Assembly (NCBI RefSeq): GCF_000150275.1
Contig: NW_002060944.1
Coordinates: 3,262,152 to 3,326,151 of the forward strand
DNA: 64,000 bases
Direction: 5' to 3'
Source: Trichoplax adhaerens
Lineage: Eukaryota; Animalia; Placozoa
Below are positions 26,501-39,800 of the stretch, one piece after another. The notes under the pieces were generated by a model. It was not told the origin of the DNA, searched no databases, and saw only the letters and a list, made by a program, of their open reading frames with translations. Positions within the stretch are counted from its first letter, which is position 1; every line of letters begins with the position of its first letter. The position numbers were made by a program, and so were the translations under genes.

Positions 26501-28302
26501 ACAATTTCTGGTAGTTCGTCTGTTTGACTTGTAAGAAGCAGAGGTAGGATCTTATGGAAGTAAGAATATCTAAAGCATGAAAAAATATATGTATCTATTA
26601 ATATAAATCTAATCTATAATGACTTTAATTACGAATAGATCACCTATCCATTAAATTCATCATCCAATTGGCAAGAATTTCGGTTAATGTTGATCTAACA
26701 GAAGGTGAATGGTCGAGCATTCGCTGTGCCAGAGACGGTAAGATATCATTGAGAGGAGAAATGCTTCCTTTTTGCAAGGTAACGCCAATTGCCTGTTTAA
26801 CAGTTATTTTAACGATTAATTAAACAATACGTTATTTTAACAAAGCGACCGAAATGTTTCATAGTATAGATACCTTAAGGCAAACAATGCGAACTTTAGA
26901 ATGTTGATGAGCTAAAGATACTGTCAGTGGTTTAATTAAGCTTTCGGATTGCAATTGAAACTTTTCCGAAGGTATCAAGTTGGCATATGCAATAATACAA
27001 TTACAGCTCTCCTACGAGATGAATTAGAGTAACCGGTAACATTTATCGTATAATAATATGGATATAAAGATTTGGATGGTATTTTCGGAAAGAAGAGTAA
27101 AGGTCATCATAGCTTATACTGTATGCTATCTAGAACTATAATGTGCAAAGTACTAGACTAGCAAAAGTTACCTTTTTAGCATCAGGGAATGGGTCAACAA
27201 TGCAACGTTGAATTATTGCAACATAGTCATCCAGATAGACGGCTAAGTCATTACTAGAACACCAATTGCATAAATTCAACAAAAGTTTCATTAATTGAAG
27301 TCTAATTTCTTCTGACGGCTCAACAATTTCTGGCGTTGCAAGTCGAGATCGTACACATGGTATTAAATATGGTAAAATATCGCCATAATTTTTAACCTTG
27401 GATAGAAAGCTGAAATCATATTGAAACAAATGAGCGAAAACAAATGAGAAAAAATTTATAATGTATCTGCACTATTATTATACCTTGAGGTTAACTTAAT
27501 GGACAGCTGACGACACTTTTCAACAGGATCGGAAAATCTTTTAAGCAATGGCTTAATAATAGCTTTAAATAAATCTTGTAATTCATCTTGGTTTAGCTGG
27601 TCTCTTCTACCAACAGTTTCACTAGATATTTTCTCGATAGCTCTCTTACGGGTAGAGCGGTCATCATCTTCTAAGCAGTTAATATCTCGTTGTAACTTCT
27701 ACAAGTCATTAGACAAAATGATACGAGATGCTATGCTTAGAATAAGTCATTTATAGCCTATATAATCTTGCTTATATCACCTAGTCAACACTATAAATAG
27801 AAATTATCAATCTACATCATCGAAAAATGAAATGGATTTTTAATCTGCAAATGCTATTTTGAAGGGGTTTCCTTGGAAACGATTGAAATTGCTTCCAGGG
27901 TCTTACCGTCGTATCTACGCTTATTGCATATCATGTTAACTACTCGATCTTGGTGAATATCCATTCTCAATTTTAAAGCATATCATAATTTTACATATTA
28001 CAGGTATCACTCCTATCAACTAGCGAATAATCATTGATAGCTATAAAGCGTTGTCTAACTAAAGTGGAGTGATGAGCGTTGCCTCCCTTTAGTCAATACT
28101 GTCATTAGACATGATGGAGCGCCGCTATTGATTGTATATTATATCGGATAACTCTTTCAAGATCCAAAGCGTTGCTCAAGAGACTATCCAATCAACTAAT
28201 ATGACTTCGAAATCTACTCAAATTGAGTCTAATATCAATTTTACACCGGAATAAAATCAACCAATTTGTTCCTACCTGTAGAATTTCGCTGGCAACAGCC
28301 AT
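23551..28302 (-). CDS. DNAAF5: Dynein axonemal assembly factor 5 (HEATR2), HEAT-repeat protein, multi-exon
   Basis: MAVASEILQ|[37 protein letters not shown]; [10 protein letters not shown]; DPFPDAKK; [11 protein letters not shown]; [23 protein letters not shown]; [22 protein letters not shown]; [14 protein letters not shown]; [16 protein letters not shown]; LLIHLDDPY; ends [17 protein letters not shown]. Confidence 0.95.
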
Positions 28303-28331
28303 TTCTGCAGTTGAATGCTGCGTGAATGATA

Positions 28332-28343
28332 TGCGCCTGCGCA
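28332..28343. promoter_or_regulatory. NRF1-like site (TGCGCCTGCGCA) in the DNAAF5/GTF3C5 divergent promoter
   Basis: Matches the GCGCNTGCGC NRF1/Ewg consensus; lies 30 bp upstream of the DNAAF5 ATG in an otherwise AT-rich background. Confidence 0.5.
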
Positions 28344-28885
28344 GGATAGCTTGAGCCATCACACTGTGTTTCTATGACTCCCTCCGTCCCTCGTGATTCG
28401 ATTGGACCATAGCGAGCTCATCCACAAGTTAGTATACTATCTTAAAACAGAGCTAATAAGTTAGTAAACATACTAGGATAATTAGTCTCTTACGGTATCG
28501 TATAGAGTACCAGTGCAGCTGTTGCTGCAGCGAAAAGCAGCTGGATGAGGCAAAGTTCATAACAGAAAATACTCGCTTCAATTTCTATACGGTAGTATAG
28601 TAAGTTTTGAGCTGTATTATACAATATATACACGACAGTATCAAATCTTTGCCAAACTACTACGTCCAATGTTTACAACCTTTGGCTTCGCTAACTCTCG
28701 GCTATTAGCATCTGCTTTTGCATTTTGTGATATTATGACTTAATTAAAAGCGATCAAAAGCCTCATCGAGTATTTCAATCTATCCAGAAGACGGCACCAT
28801 ACATTGGCCATCTTTACCTTATCAAATCTAGTCGCTAATGCATCGATATCATCGCCAGTAAATTGCATGTTGATGATTTGGAGCT

Positions 28886-31800
28886 ATGGACAACGATAAA
28901 AAAACGTATAATTTGACCGTTGGCAAAAGGACATTCGTTATGGTGGAATTCCCTGGTATCTGATTAGTAATTTACTAATTGAATAATCTTTAGCAGCTAT
29001 TAGTCTAATCGTTTTATTCTTAAAATTTATGATTATCTAGACATGTAGCTAATATCATGCAATGACTTGGAATAATAAGTATACAGTGCTTAACCATTTT
29101 ATATTGACTAGTAGCAAAATTGACTTCTAAAAGTATTTGGGCGTAGCAATGTAACGATGAATTCTTGTAGCATCCTTAAATAGCCAACTAATCTATAAAT
29201 CTTTAGCAATCAGTAGCCTAAATTTTTTAACCTAAAATCTACCACCTCAGCTAATACTGTACGGCGAGTTTCTGATAAATATTATTAGCTGGCTAATTCA
29301 TAAATCTTGAAATAATAAGTAACCTGACCAATTAATTTTAAATGCTCATATCGACAGCTAAAGAATATCATCATCGGCTCTAGCTAATGCAATCCGATAT
29401 ATCCTACTTACTTTGAATTTAATACCTATAAAGTAACTTCTGATATGATAGTGACATACTCTACTTCAAAATTTAAAATAGTAGTTTTTCAATTGGATAT
29501 TAATGTATCGCATAATTGCAATATGGATTAAATTAAGTCAATTCCTTGCTGTAATTGTTCCAGGTCTTGTTAAAAACCCCATCAAAGCAGTCCAATGTCT
29601 TGGAGGCCGCGATAAATTAGATCAGGCAAGAATTTCGACACATTAGCCAAATTATTTATGTGAACGATGAACGATCTTGATCGAACTAGCTAACAAATTC
29701 TGTGTACTTACCTGCTGTGAGACTTATTTATCATGGATTCCAATATTAGCTTAAAAAGTATATTTTGCCTTTATTAGACAATAGCTGATCCCAATATGAG
29801 ATTAGCACTAAATTTTCGACCGGAAGATGAATTTTGCCATCCTACTTATGGTGATAGATCAGATTCAACGCGTACTTTATTATTACATGTAAAGCATAAA
29901 AAATCGGATGGAACAGTCAGGCTAAACATTTTAGGCAATATTAAAACAATTTATAGCTTTCAAGGTTAGATTGATTAAATGAATTATCTAATACCAAAAT
30001 TTTATTCATGATACCTATGCATGTATTCGTAACATATTCGTTTAGTTAACGACGACAGCCGGTATAAAACTTGCTCGCTAACAGATTAGAAATACATTGC
30101 CATGTTTTTATTTCTTCCCATTTATCTAATTAGGCTGTGCAGACTATCAGTTTTTACCTTCAAAATCGACTAATTTATTTGGAAATAGAGGACAAACAAA
30201 CATTACTAATGATCTATCATGGAATGGTAACTGCTAATCAAAGCAATATAATAGTATAAGTTACTAATCATATATGGTTACATTAATAATTTTATCAATG
30301 CATAACTAACAACTAATGATCGAGCGTTAATGTATTTCAGGTATCAAGACCAGCCAGTTCTTAAACGAAAAAATTCCTTTGTTTCTTCCTCCTGCAACGT
30401 TTGCACGGTTGGACAAAGCAATGGTATATAAGTAAGTTAAGTTAAATTTGAATTAATGCTAGCGTTGATAATTTGCCTTCGATGCTCAATTCCCAATTTA
30501 CCGTTTAACATCGTATAGTTTTAATGAGGAGAGTACTACAAAACAGGGTGATGAGGATGAGGTAAATGTGAACATTACGCTACCCTTGCTAAATAAACTT
30601 TCCGTGATAAGAAGTTAATATTATTTAATTAAATCTAGACTGAAGAAGCTCAAAATGAAAATACAGGTTCAAAGATGAAGAAAGCAGCAAAATTGCCTTC
30701 GTCAAAAGCTGTCCTATTTACAGATAAAGATGATATCACTTTAAGCAAAACTACAGTTACGACAATCCAGACGATTTGCATCGTATTTTAGCTATAGAAC
30801 TATACTAATGTACACTTCTTCTATATTTACTTTATTAACGACAATATTAAGTATGATACAGAATATCTACAGAAGGTTAGCTGTAAATATGGGTAGATTA
30901 TTCATTAACCTTAACCGTTGATAAATGTACCAACTGAACCGGAGAAAGAGGCGATAGAATTTATAGAAAATAGCGAGGAATTACAGATACGGGACTATTT
31001 ACAGGAGGTAAGGAATGGAACTATGAAAGCATATTTTGAGGAGCGATTATTTAAGATTAGCTTTCTTCTGACAGCTATTTAAGGATAGACCCATTTGGTC
31101 AAAAAATGCTCTCAGGGTTCATATTAAGAATGAATGGAAATTAAAAATGTAACATACGCTATCTGGTTACGAATATTTAAGGTTCAATAAAATATCTAGT
31201 AAACTATACCAGTCACTAACTGTCTTATTCTATCTGGAAGTGTCCTACCGGCAGTGGCGTACCATTTTAAATCTGGTCCATGGCGGTCGCTATGGGTGAA
31301 ATTTGGTTATGATCCCCGACGAGATCCATCAAGTAAAGTGTACGTGATACTATTTCCTTCATACATCAGATATTCTAATTCAGCTATATCCTATCCCTAT
31401 AAAACTCTATTATTTTGTATTAATATTACTGTTGTACAGTTTTGTAATAGCGAATTACTTTAAAAAGTTAACTGCACTATTTAAGAGTTAAAGCTTGAAA
31501 GTTATCGATGTACTCTTAATTAGGTATCAAGTTTTCGATTTTCGAATGAAGTCACTGGACGATCATAGTGATCTTGCTGGAGCATCGAAATACCATATTA
31601 ACGCCCCTTGGTTAGCAAATCGCACGGCAACTTCATCTCGTGTTGCAAGTGAAAAGTAATAATTTTACGTAATACGTATGCAAACAGTTTTCTATACGTA
31701 TCTGTTCATGATATGTAATACTGTCGGGAGCAGTCTCAATCTCATATAGCAATCTTATGGTATTGATATATTTTAGGAATCAGTTAAAAGAGGATGTCAT

Positions 31801-32838
31801 TACTCCTTATGTATATCAGTCTGGTGTTATCCCACCACAACGGCACACTCTATATCAACTGATAGATATACATCATGAAGATATCCAGAAATTTATTTCG
31901 GCTAATGATGGAAATGAAACACATTGCTCTGTATGTGCATAACATATAAATGCGATTACTTTATAATGGGTAACCTAATGTAGTTTAATGGAAACGACTC
32001 ACCTTGAATATGCTATTTCTAATGAACATTTTGAAATATTTGTTAACAGTTGGAAGATGGCTGGTGTGCACCTGGCACAATTGCTAAAATTAGAGATAAA
32101 TTGAGCGCAGAAGTGTCACTGACACTAAAAGAGCTTGAAGAAAGCGCTAGTAAGGCATTCTTTTCTACTTTCATATCTACCTTGGAGTCTTACACAATTT
32201 CTGCATAGGCTCTGTCGGTTTCTCTTAATTCAATATAGCCTTCTTTGCAAGAACATGCATATATATCTATTGCTAATACCTTTCAAATTTAATTTACAAT
32301 TTTCAGGTCTACTTGAATCTGATAAATCTAAAAGTAACACTACGGAATTATCAACTGTAAGTATATCATCTTTAGCGTTGTTAAGTTACGACTGCTTTGC
32401 TACTTTAAGGTCTATTAGTGATATATTATTTTTTTTAAATTGTCAACCTTTTTTAGTTTTCGACCTATACGGATTGTATCCTTTACGTTAAGCGATAACT
32501 CACACCAACGTTACTATATTTCGTTCTATTCTAAATCATTTCAGCATTACCCCTAACTGGTAATGTAACAATTTTGCAACTTTAATCTGGATTTAGAACA
32601 TTGAGAATAGGATAAAAATTTGTTTGAATAGCGCTACAGTATTGTTACGATCTCTTTAGTAGTTAGATTGTATTGCATCTATATCAGACAAAAAATTAGT
32701 AAGTAAGTTAGCTATATACTGTTGTGTAAGCTTATTCTTTAACAGTAATATTAAATAAATTACTAGCCGGTAGCGAGGAAAGTATGGATATTGACTGAGT
32801 ACAACCTGAAGACACAAGAAGATCCGATAGCCGAATGA
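28886..32838 (+). CDS. GTF3C5: General transcription factor IIIC subunit 5 (TFIIIC63/Tfc1/tau95), multi-exon
   Basis: FVMVEFPG|LVKNPIKAVQCLGG; LALNFRPEDEFCHP; YSFQG CADYQF; LFLPPATFARLD; LFKDRPIWSKNAL; LPAVAYHFKSGPWRSLWVKFGYDPRRDPSSK; YQVFDFR; HTLYQLIDI; DGWC. The final exon (32767-32838) is tentative. Confidence 0.93.
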
Positions 32839-34649
32839 CTGAAATAATGGAAGAAAGAAACAAATTTTTCTTATAATCCATTTTGGTAGCATCATTTCAA
32901 TTGATCAATATATCATTCCACTATGCGTTGTATATAGATGATGTACTTGTATTTATCCAAGCATGAATCAAGTAAATAAAACGATTTTCCAACTCAATAC
33001 TCCTCAATATTAGACTATATCCATTCTGTGTTACTTCGTGGACAGCACCATTCATTAGTAATTTTAATTCGATCGAAACACCATCGATTTTGATGATTAT
33101 TTTCTATCAAATACACATGGTATAGAACCGAAAATACTGAAATAATTCACGCTTTATTGTGTGTGTCAACAATATTCATGAAATCAAACTGATACTTGCA
33201 GATCTTTAGCTTTTAAGTGTCAATGGCATAGCGGAGATAAATAATGTTATGCTCGAAACAACATGACTTGAACTGCAATCCCCTTGAAATTATAGTAACA
33301 TATTTATATTCAAATTAACTTATCATTCAACGGTACAGTTGGATTAGATATCTACTTTGCACTATAATCATGACTACAACATTGGAGAGAATAAATCTTA
33401 TAGCAATAGTTTGCTGTCAGTAATAAACTGCGCGGCTATAAATCAGAACTTTGATATAATACTGTATTTAACTATGCAATTACCCGTCCATATTGCGCGA
33501 TCCTTTTAGCTACTTTACTAAGATTTTTTCAATATAGTAGACATTCTTACTGCTAACATTAATCTATCAAATAGCATTTATTATCTGTCATTATCCTGTG
33601 ATAGATGTGATCATTGGACAAGTATTTTAATAACAATTTATACTAGATACTGACTGGTCTTTACTGTAACAGTGTAGATTGTAGAGAATCCATTTTCAAT
33701 TCATATTATTAAAGAAGAAATACAATTTACTTCTACCTTTACAAGATTTCCAAACGTTAATTATTCATCATACGTTACTTATTTATTCTTGCATGTTGTT
33801 GACTGTTCAGAATAATTTGTTTTAGTACCAAAGTAGAAACACGATATACTCCAATATCAGATTTCTAAGTGCTAAAACGTGTAACTGATCACATATTTCT
33901 TATTTACAGTTATTATTTTATTTTATTTTATATATTCGTATATCTACGTTGGGTAAATATCTTAGCTGTGATACTGGACTTTGGCGAATTCGATGTATCA
34001 TGCACTAGTAAAGTACGAGATTCACAAGTACTAAGTAACAGTATTAAACCAAGTTATTTTACATCTATTTTTATCCTATATCGTCATTTCACAAATGTCC
34101 AAAGCCTCTATGGACTATGGCTTACTACCTATTCTTGACCATAGAACATTCATAAAGAGTTTCTAAATAAATAAAAAGACTTCTATTGCTAAAAGACTAT
34201 CATAAAAAAAACAAATTATTTCTAACTGTTTTATTAAAATGTTTTGCTATTGGGTCACGCGTTGGCTGATGCAAAATAACATTTTAATTATTGATGACAG
34301 AAGGCTGTTCTCCAAGTTAATACTGCTTTGTCAATCAATATTCCAAAATTTATTAGACAGTGAATATTTTATTTAGACTGCCGATCCTTAGCATTAATTC
34401 ATGGCCGTAAAAAAATTGGCATCACTAAGAATCCAATAATCCATTAACATTATTTACAAGCAACCATAACGTTCATCATCTTCATATTATATGCATTCAT
34501 GATAGAAATTGAATTAGGATACCAGTCATGATAAGTATTAAATAAGTCATGACAAGGTAGTGAAGATGGCGTAGATGACAAATATAAACTGTAACAGCCA
34601 TAGTTAAAGAGACGATTCTGTCGGTAAACAGGGCACGGTGGTTGTTCTA

Positions 34650-35060
34650 CTATTGAGAAGGTACCGTTAACTTAGGGAATAAAATATATGTTTCAGATCG
34701 TGCGTAAGCTACAGCTTGAATTATACTCTCGGTGACAACATCGAATATATATTGTTCATCATAGCGCCATATTACGATAATTAGCAAGATAATAAAGGAT
34801 AGCGTAAAGAATAATGCCTGTCTTTTACGAATATCTCTTATAATACGAGAAAGTGTTATAGCATGAGCGGCTTTATAAGCAGCATCTATTTTATGATCAA
34901 ATTTCTCTTCCACCACATCCATTAAACGTTCACATTTCTCAACCTGCTCCTTCAAATCGTCTAATCGCGATTTTAAATTACACATCTGATCGATATAATC
35001 GCCGTCCGAAGTAACATCTTCTAAAATTTCTTTTTCTCGACTTGATAGACTGTCGTGCAT
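34650..35060 (-). CDS. Hypothetical 136-aa coiled-coil + transmembrane protein (paralog A), intronless CDS
   Basis: Acidic helical N-terminus, then RKRQ and hydrophobic ALFFTLSFIILLIIVIW; 20/43 N-terminal residues identical, ungapped, to ORF 45514-45951. Confidence 0.8.
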   Translation of the reverse strand: MHDSLSSREKEILEDVTSDGDYIDQMCNLKSRLDDLKEQVEKCERLMDVVEEKFDHKIDAAYKAAHAITLSRIIRDIRKRQALFFTLSFIILLIIVIWRYDEQYIFDVVTESIIQAVAYARSETYILFPKLTVPSQ

Positions 35061-35306
35061 CTCGAATATCGCTGACTTTGCCGTCTAGATCTTGAACGAG
35101 TTATAGCGTTGAACCTAGTAAAAATTCAAGTTAGCTTACAGTTAAAAAAGTCTTAGTGGATGATAATAATCTTCTGCTCATTTAGCCAAACTATTCTATA
35201 ATGGCGTTGTTAAAAAAAATTGATGGAAAAGATATGGAAAGTATTAACTTTAATTTGATTTTTACCAAGCATAAATTAACAGTACACTTATGATTAGGGG
35301 GAAAAA

Positions 35307-35356
35307 NNNNNNNNNNNNNNNNNNNNNNNNNNNNNNNNNNNNNNNNNNNNNNNNNN
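35307..35356. other. Assembly gap (50 N)
   Basis: Run of n characters. Confidence 0.99.
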
Positions 35357-36887
35357 TAAAGCGTCGTCACTTTTGAATTCCTTAAATCGCTCAAACTACT
35401 TTATACAGGCAAAATTATCTATAATCTAAATGATAAGATGATGTTCTGAATCCCCTTACTAGGTAAGTTCACTTATTTGTTAGCCGATATACGCGTATTA
35501 ATAAGCAATCAAAGTTATTCGCTAACATGTACATGACAAATTTTACAGTGAAAGGATCCTTGACTTAGTGGCTTTCTTAAAATCGCTTAACATGTTTAGC
35601 TACGTAAAATAATCTACAACTTTTCAGTCCTATTTTAACTCATTTTTATTACTATAATTTAATCTTACTTTTCTTCTTCTCTTTCAAGCAACCGCAACTA
35701 TATTGACCTATTTATTTCACATTAAAAAAACGGCCATGTCTAAATCGTGTTCAATCTTACCAAGTATACGAGTATATGATATAGTAAATGATGAGGAAGA
35801 CCTTTTTAACAGCACGTACTTATCAAAATTAAGTAATAACCTCTTCAACAGAGGGCTATTGTATCAGTATTCCAAATTAAATTAGTTATCAGATGAAAAC
35901 TGAGAAGTGTTAACAAGGAGGATTAACAATTTGCTATGGTCTATCCTACTAACAAACTGCAACTCTCGCGATCGTTGAAATAAATTAATAGCAGAGCACA
36001 TAAAGTTTTGTCGCGATCAATAGATTGATTAACCAAATAACTCAAAATTACAAACAATAGCAAGCAATGCTAATAATAGATACTGGATATAATTATGTAT
36101 AATTAATCGAATAGAACCCGCATAAAATTCTATAACAATCCTTATTATTAAAGGCAAATAATATGCAAATGAATACACAACAGTATACCAACCTATTGAT
36201 AAAGTTAGAACTAAACTTAATTGCATGTTGTAATAACTCCGCTGTTATAAGTGAGCATACCAAGGTTAAATCATAGCTTACAAGCGTCTCACTAGATTTT
36301 TTAACTCAAAAAAATGATAAATTGCATTCTTCTACATTGATCGCGATCGTATCACCGAAAACAGATTCAAATTTTTAAAATCTTATACCACTACTCTACT
36401 AATTATGATGGCCTTCTATTTATATACTTCACGATAACCGACCAGGATCGTACATTATAAATAATTTAATGCTGCAAGCAATACAAGGTTATATTGTTGT
36501 AACATAATTATTCTCGCAATGTTCACTTTATTTCAGTGCATTAACTATTTATCAATCGTAAAACCGATAACTCTGTATAAATTTTCTTGAAATTTTTCAC
36601 CAAATCTAAACCAGTATAGATAGTAATATAATGCAATAGCGATATTTACAATGAATTTAACCTTTCAATAACGCTGTACATATTTCTAAAAGTATTTAGA
36701 ACAATTTAAATTGTATTCATACAAAAAAGTATTGTAAAATGAAATAAAAAAAGGATACTATTACTCTATTATTAACAAATATGCTGTATAGAAGTAATCA
36801 ATAACACGAAAAAATTTTCCTAAATATTATTACAAGCTTCCGTTATAAATTTAAACTTATGAGACAAATTCACTTTTTAAACAACGT

Positions 36888-39800
36888 TCAAACTAATTCT
36901 AACACCTAAAAATCAAGCAGAGTTTTAAAAAAATATATTTCATTAGCACACCATTAGAAATTCATTATGGGCTAACAATGAGATTCATATTATCGTAGGC
37001 GTTGTAATGATTATGAAACATCAATACAGGATAGAAATCCGGAATTACCTTTATGGTTCCTTGACTATTTGCTGCTACCAGCACATTAGCTCCCTACATG
37101 ATAAGACGTGCATTAATTATGTTTATTAAAAAATGAATTACGGACAATAAATATATTAAACAAGAGTCCAATTTATTCGAACAAAAACCATTATAAGTAC
37201 TATGTCTTCTTACTAACCCTTTTCCAACAAACAGCACTGACAAATTCATTACTGTCATCGTCTCTCGAATCTTTATCCTAAGCCATATCAAAAATAGCAT
37301 CCATGAAGGTAACAGAATTACGTTTTGCGACATAAAATTACAATTTTAATGCGATACAACTTACAAAAATACTGCGTACAACATCAAATTTGAAAGATAA
37401 TAACTGCTTTGAAAGCCCCTTATAATATAGGTACAAGGAATTGTTCTCACTGCCTATCTCACGAAGGAATTGATTAAATTAATTTACTTCTATTGCAATC
37501 TCCACGCAAACGGCATATGATATGAACGAGTAGATTCTATAATACCACAATTTTGTTCATAATAAATTTACCGCAAGCTATATAGTCTCCATCTGTGGCC
37601 AGGCCAACAAAATTCTTTTCGTTACTATGACCCCTAAATGTTCTAGTGCAGTATGGTACATTCAAATCCCAAAGCTTTAGCTGGCTATCGGTAGAACTAA
37701 CAATCAGAAAATGGTAGTCATACTTGTCAGTTTAGAGCATTCTTGTTATAATATTAATACGAAAGTAGTATATTAACCGTTGGGACAAAATATAATTTTG
37801 GACCTCATTTAACTTACGCTGATACAATTTCATTTTCGTTAACAAAGTTGGTATAAGACACAGCCTTGCGATGGCCTTTAAAATCCGCAAGAGATTTACT
37901 AGTATTTCGCAGATCGTAATAATGGACGCAGTGATCTGTGCAATAGATATAACAATAAAATTAATCGGTAACCAAATCATATAAACTCTAATCTAAACAG
38001 ACTTTAGAAACTGTCTTACCGGCTGAACCAAATGCCAAATGGTAACGGCTAACAGGACTGAACTTGACACAACAAACATTCGCCTTGGCTTCAAGAGATG
38101 CTATTGAATGCTCTAAATTGGTCGACCACAACTTCACTGTTGCATATATTAATATAATAGTGAACATGAGAAGATAATACTTAGCCTGATTTACTAGCTC
38201 AAAGAACAAATTGATTTTAATTTTAAATTCGGTATAAAATCATTAAAAAGTGTACCACTCTGTATTTTGGCTAATGACGGTGAACCTATATAGACTTTAC
38301 CTTTAGCGTCATCAGAACCAGAAGCAAACAACTTAGGATCAACTTTATTAAAATCAACACACCAACATCTTTTTTCATGCTCCTAAAATTAACAGAATCA
38401 ATGCATGCATTACGTACGTTGCAGTCTGTGCATAGCTCACTGTAACTATCTAGTCTAACAAAACAATTACTTCAATAACATAAGGAGTCATCAGGCCTTA
38501 AATTAACCGGAGTAAAAAGTATAACTAAAAAACCATACCTGATAGCATCTAGTTTTAACTCCGTTAAACGCATCCCATAAAGCAACAGTACCTTCGTAAT
38601 CGCTGCTGGCTAGAACTTCCTTGTGATATGCACTCCAACTAATGCAACTAAATAGTAATCATATTACCAAAATTTTTCTTTAAGGAAGCATGTTTATGGG
38701 TCGATCCACTGTATTCCTAATTCAGTACATACTAACCTAATTTTCGAGCTACACGTCATTTCTGTGACAGGATAGTGAATATCAACAGCGTCTCTGATAA
38801 TGCTACTATATTCAAAAATCTGAGTACAACGTATAGACACGTACTTAATAGCTGATAAGGAACAATAAATCAATTTACAGCAGTGTTACTAATGCAAGAT
38901 TCTCAAAAACTCTCGTACCTTAATTTTTTTCGTTACACCGGCTATAGCAAAATAATCACAATCCCTATCAAATTCAATGCTGCAAAACAACATTATTGAA
39001 TTACGTTAGTAATCACGCTGAAATAAAATTTAAGATCTTATTATTCACTAATTAAATAGTATCAATATTCCATAAAAGAAATTTCTCAACAACAAATAGT
39101 GTCAATAAAAATCTTATACCTAGATACTATGCTTGAATGATTATATAGATCGCCATAATTTAACGTAGCTAATGCTCTAAAACGATCAAACTTTGTAAAT
39201 TTGGATAAATGTTCCATGAATAATTCCAAACTATCATCTTTAGAGCCAGCTCCTATAAATTTTTCGATAATGATATAATAGACATTAATAAACAATTTTT
39301 CCATTATAAATTTAATAAATAAAAGCTGCACCTGATTGCTTAATGGAAAAATAACAATCTTCCAAATCTTCATAATGAATACTTAAACGTTTTCTTCTTT
39401 CACTGATACTATGACTTACTAAATATTTGGGATTAACCTAAGATAATAAAAGTACGCAAATTACTAGCAAAAAATTCAAAACTGAACATCATCGCTAAGA
39501 CAGTTTCATATATTAGCCTAAAGTTGATTACATACATATTTGCTGCCATTAAATCCATCTTGTCTTTGCAAAGGTAAATCTGTTTCTTCCCTAAGATTTT
39601 AAAAAATAGTTTTATAATACCCTCTATCTACAATCTTAGAATAATTTTAAAATAGAAAGGTTTATAAAAATATAACTTTACCTAAATTCAATATTTACAC
39701 TTGTACTAGCACCTGCATTTACAGTTGAATTTAAATTATTGCTAGTCGCTGCAACTCCAACGTTACCATTGAAAGCAGGAGAGGTTGAAGCGGTCGGAAA

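Noticed and set aside
32920-33290. Minus-strand exon-like open frames downstream of GTF3C5
   Set aside because: Could not join them into a stop-free model; no recognisable homology.
35191-35394. 67-aa ORF across the N run
   Set aside because: Artefact of the assembly gap.
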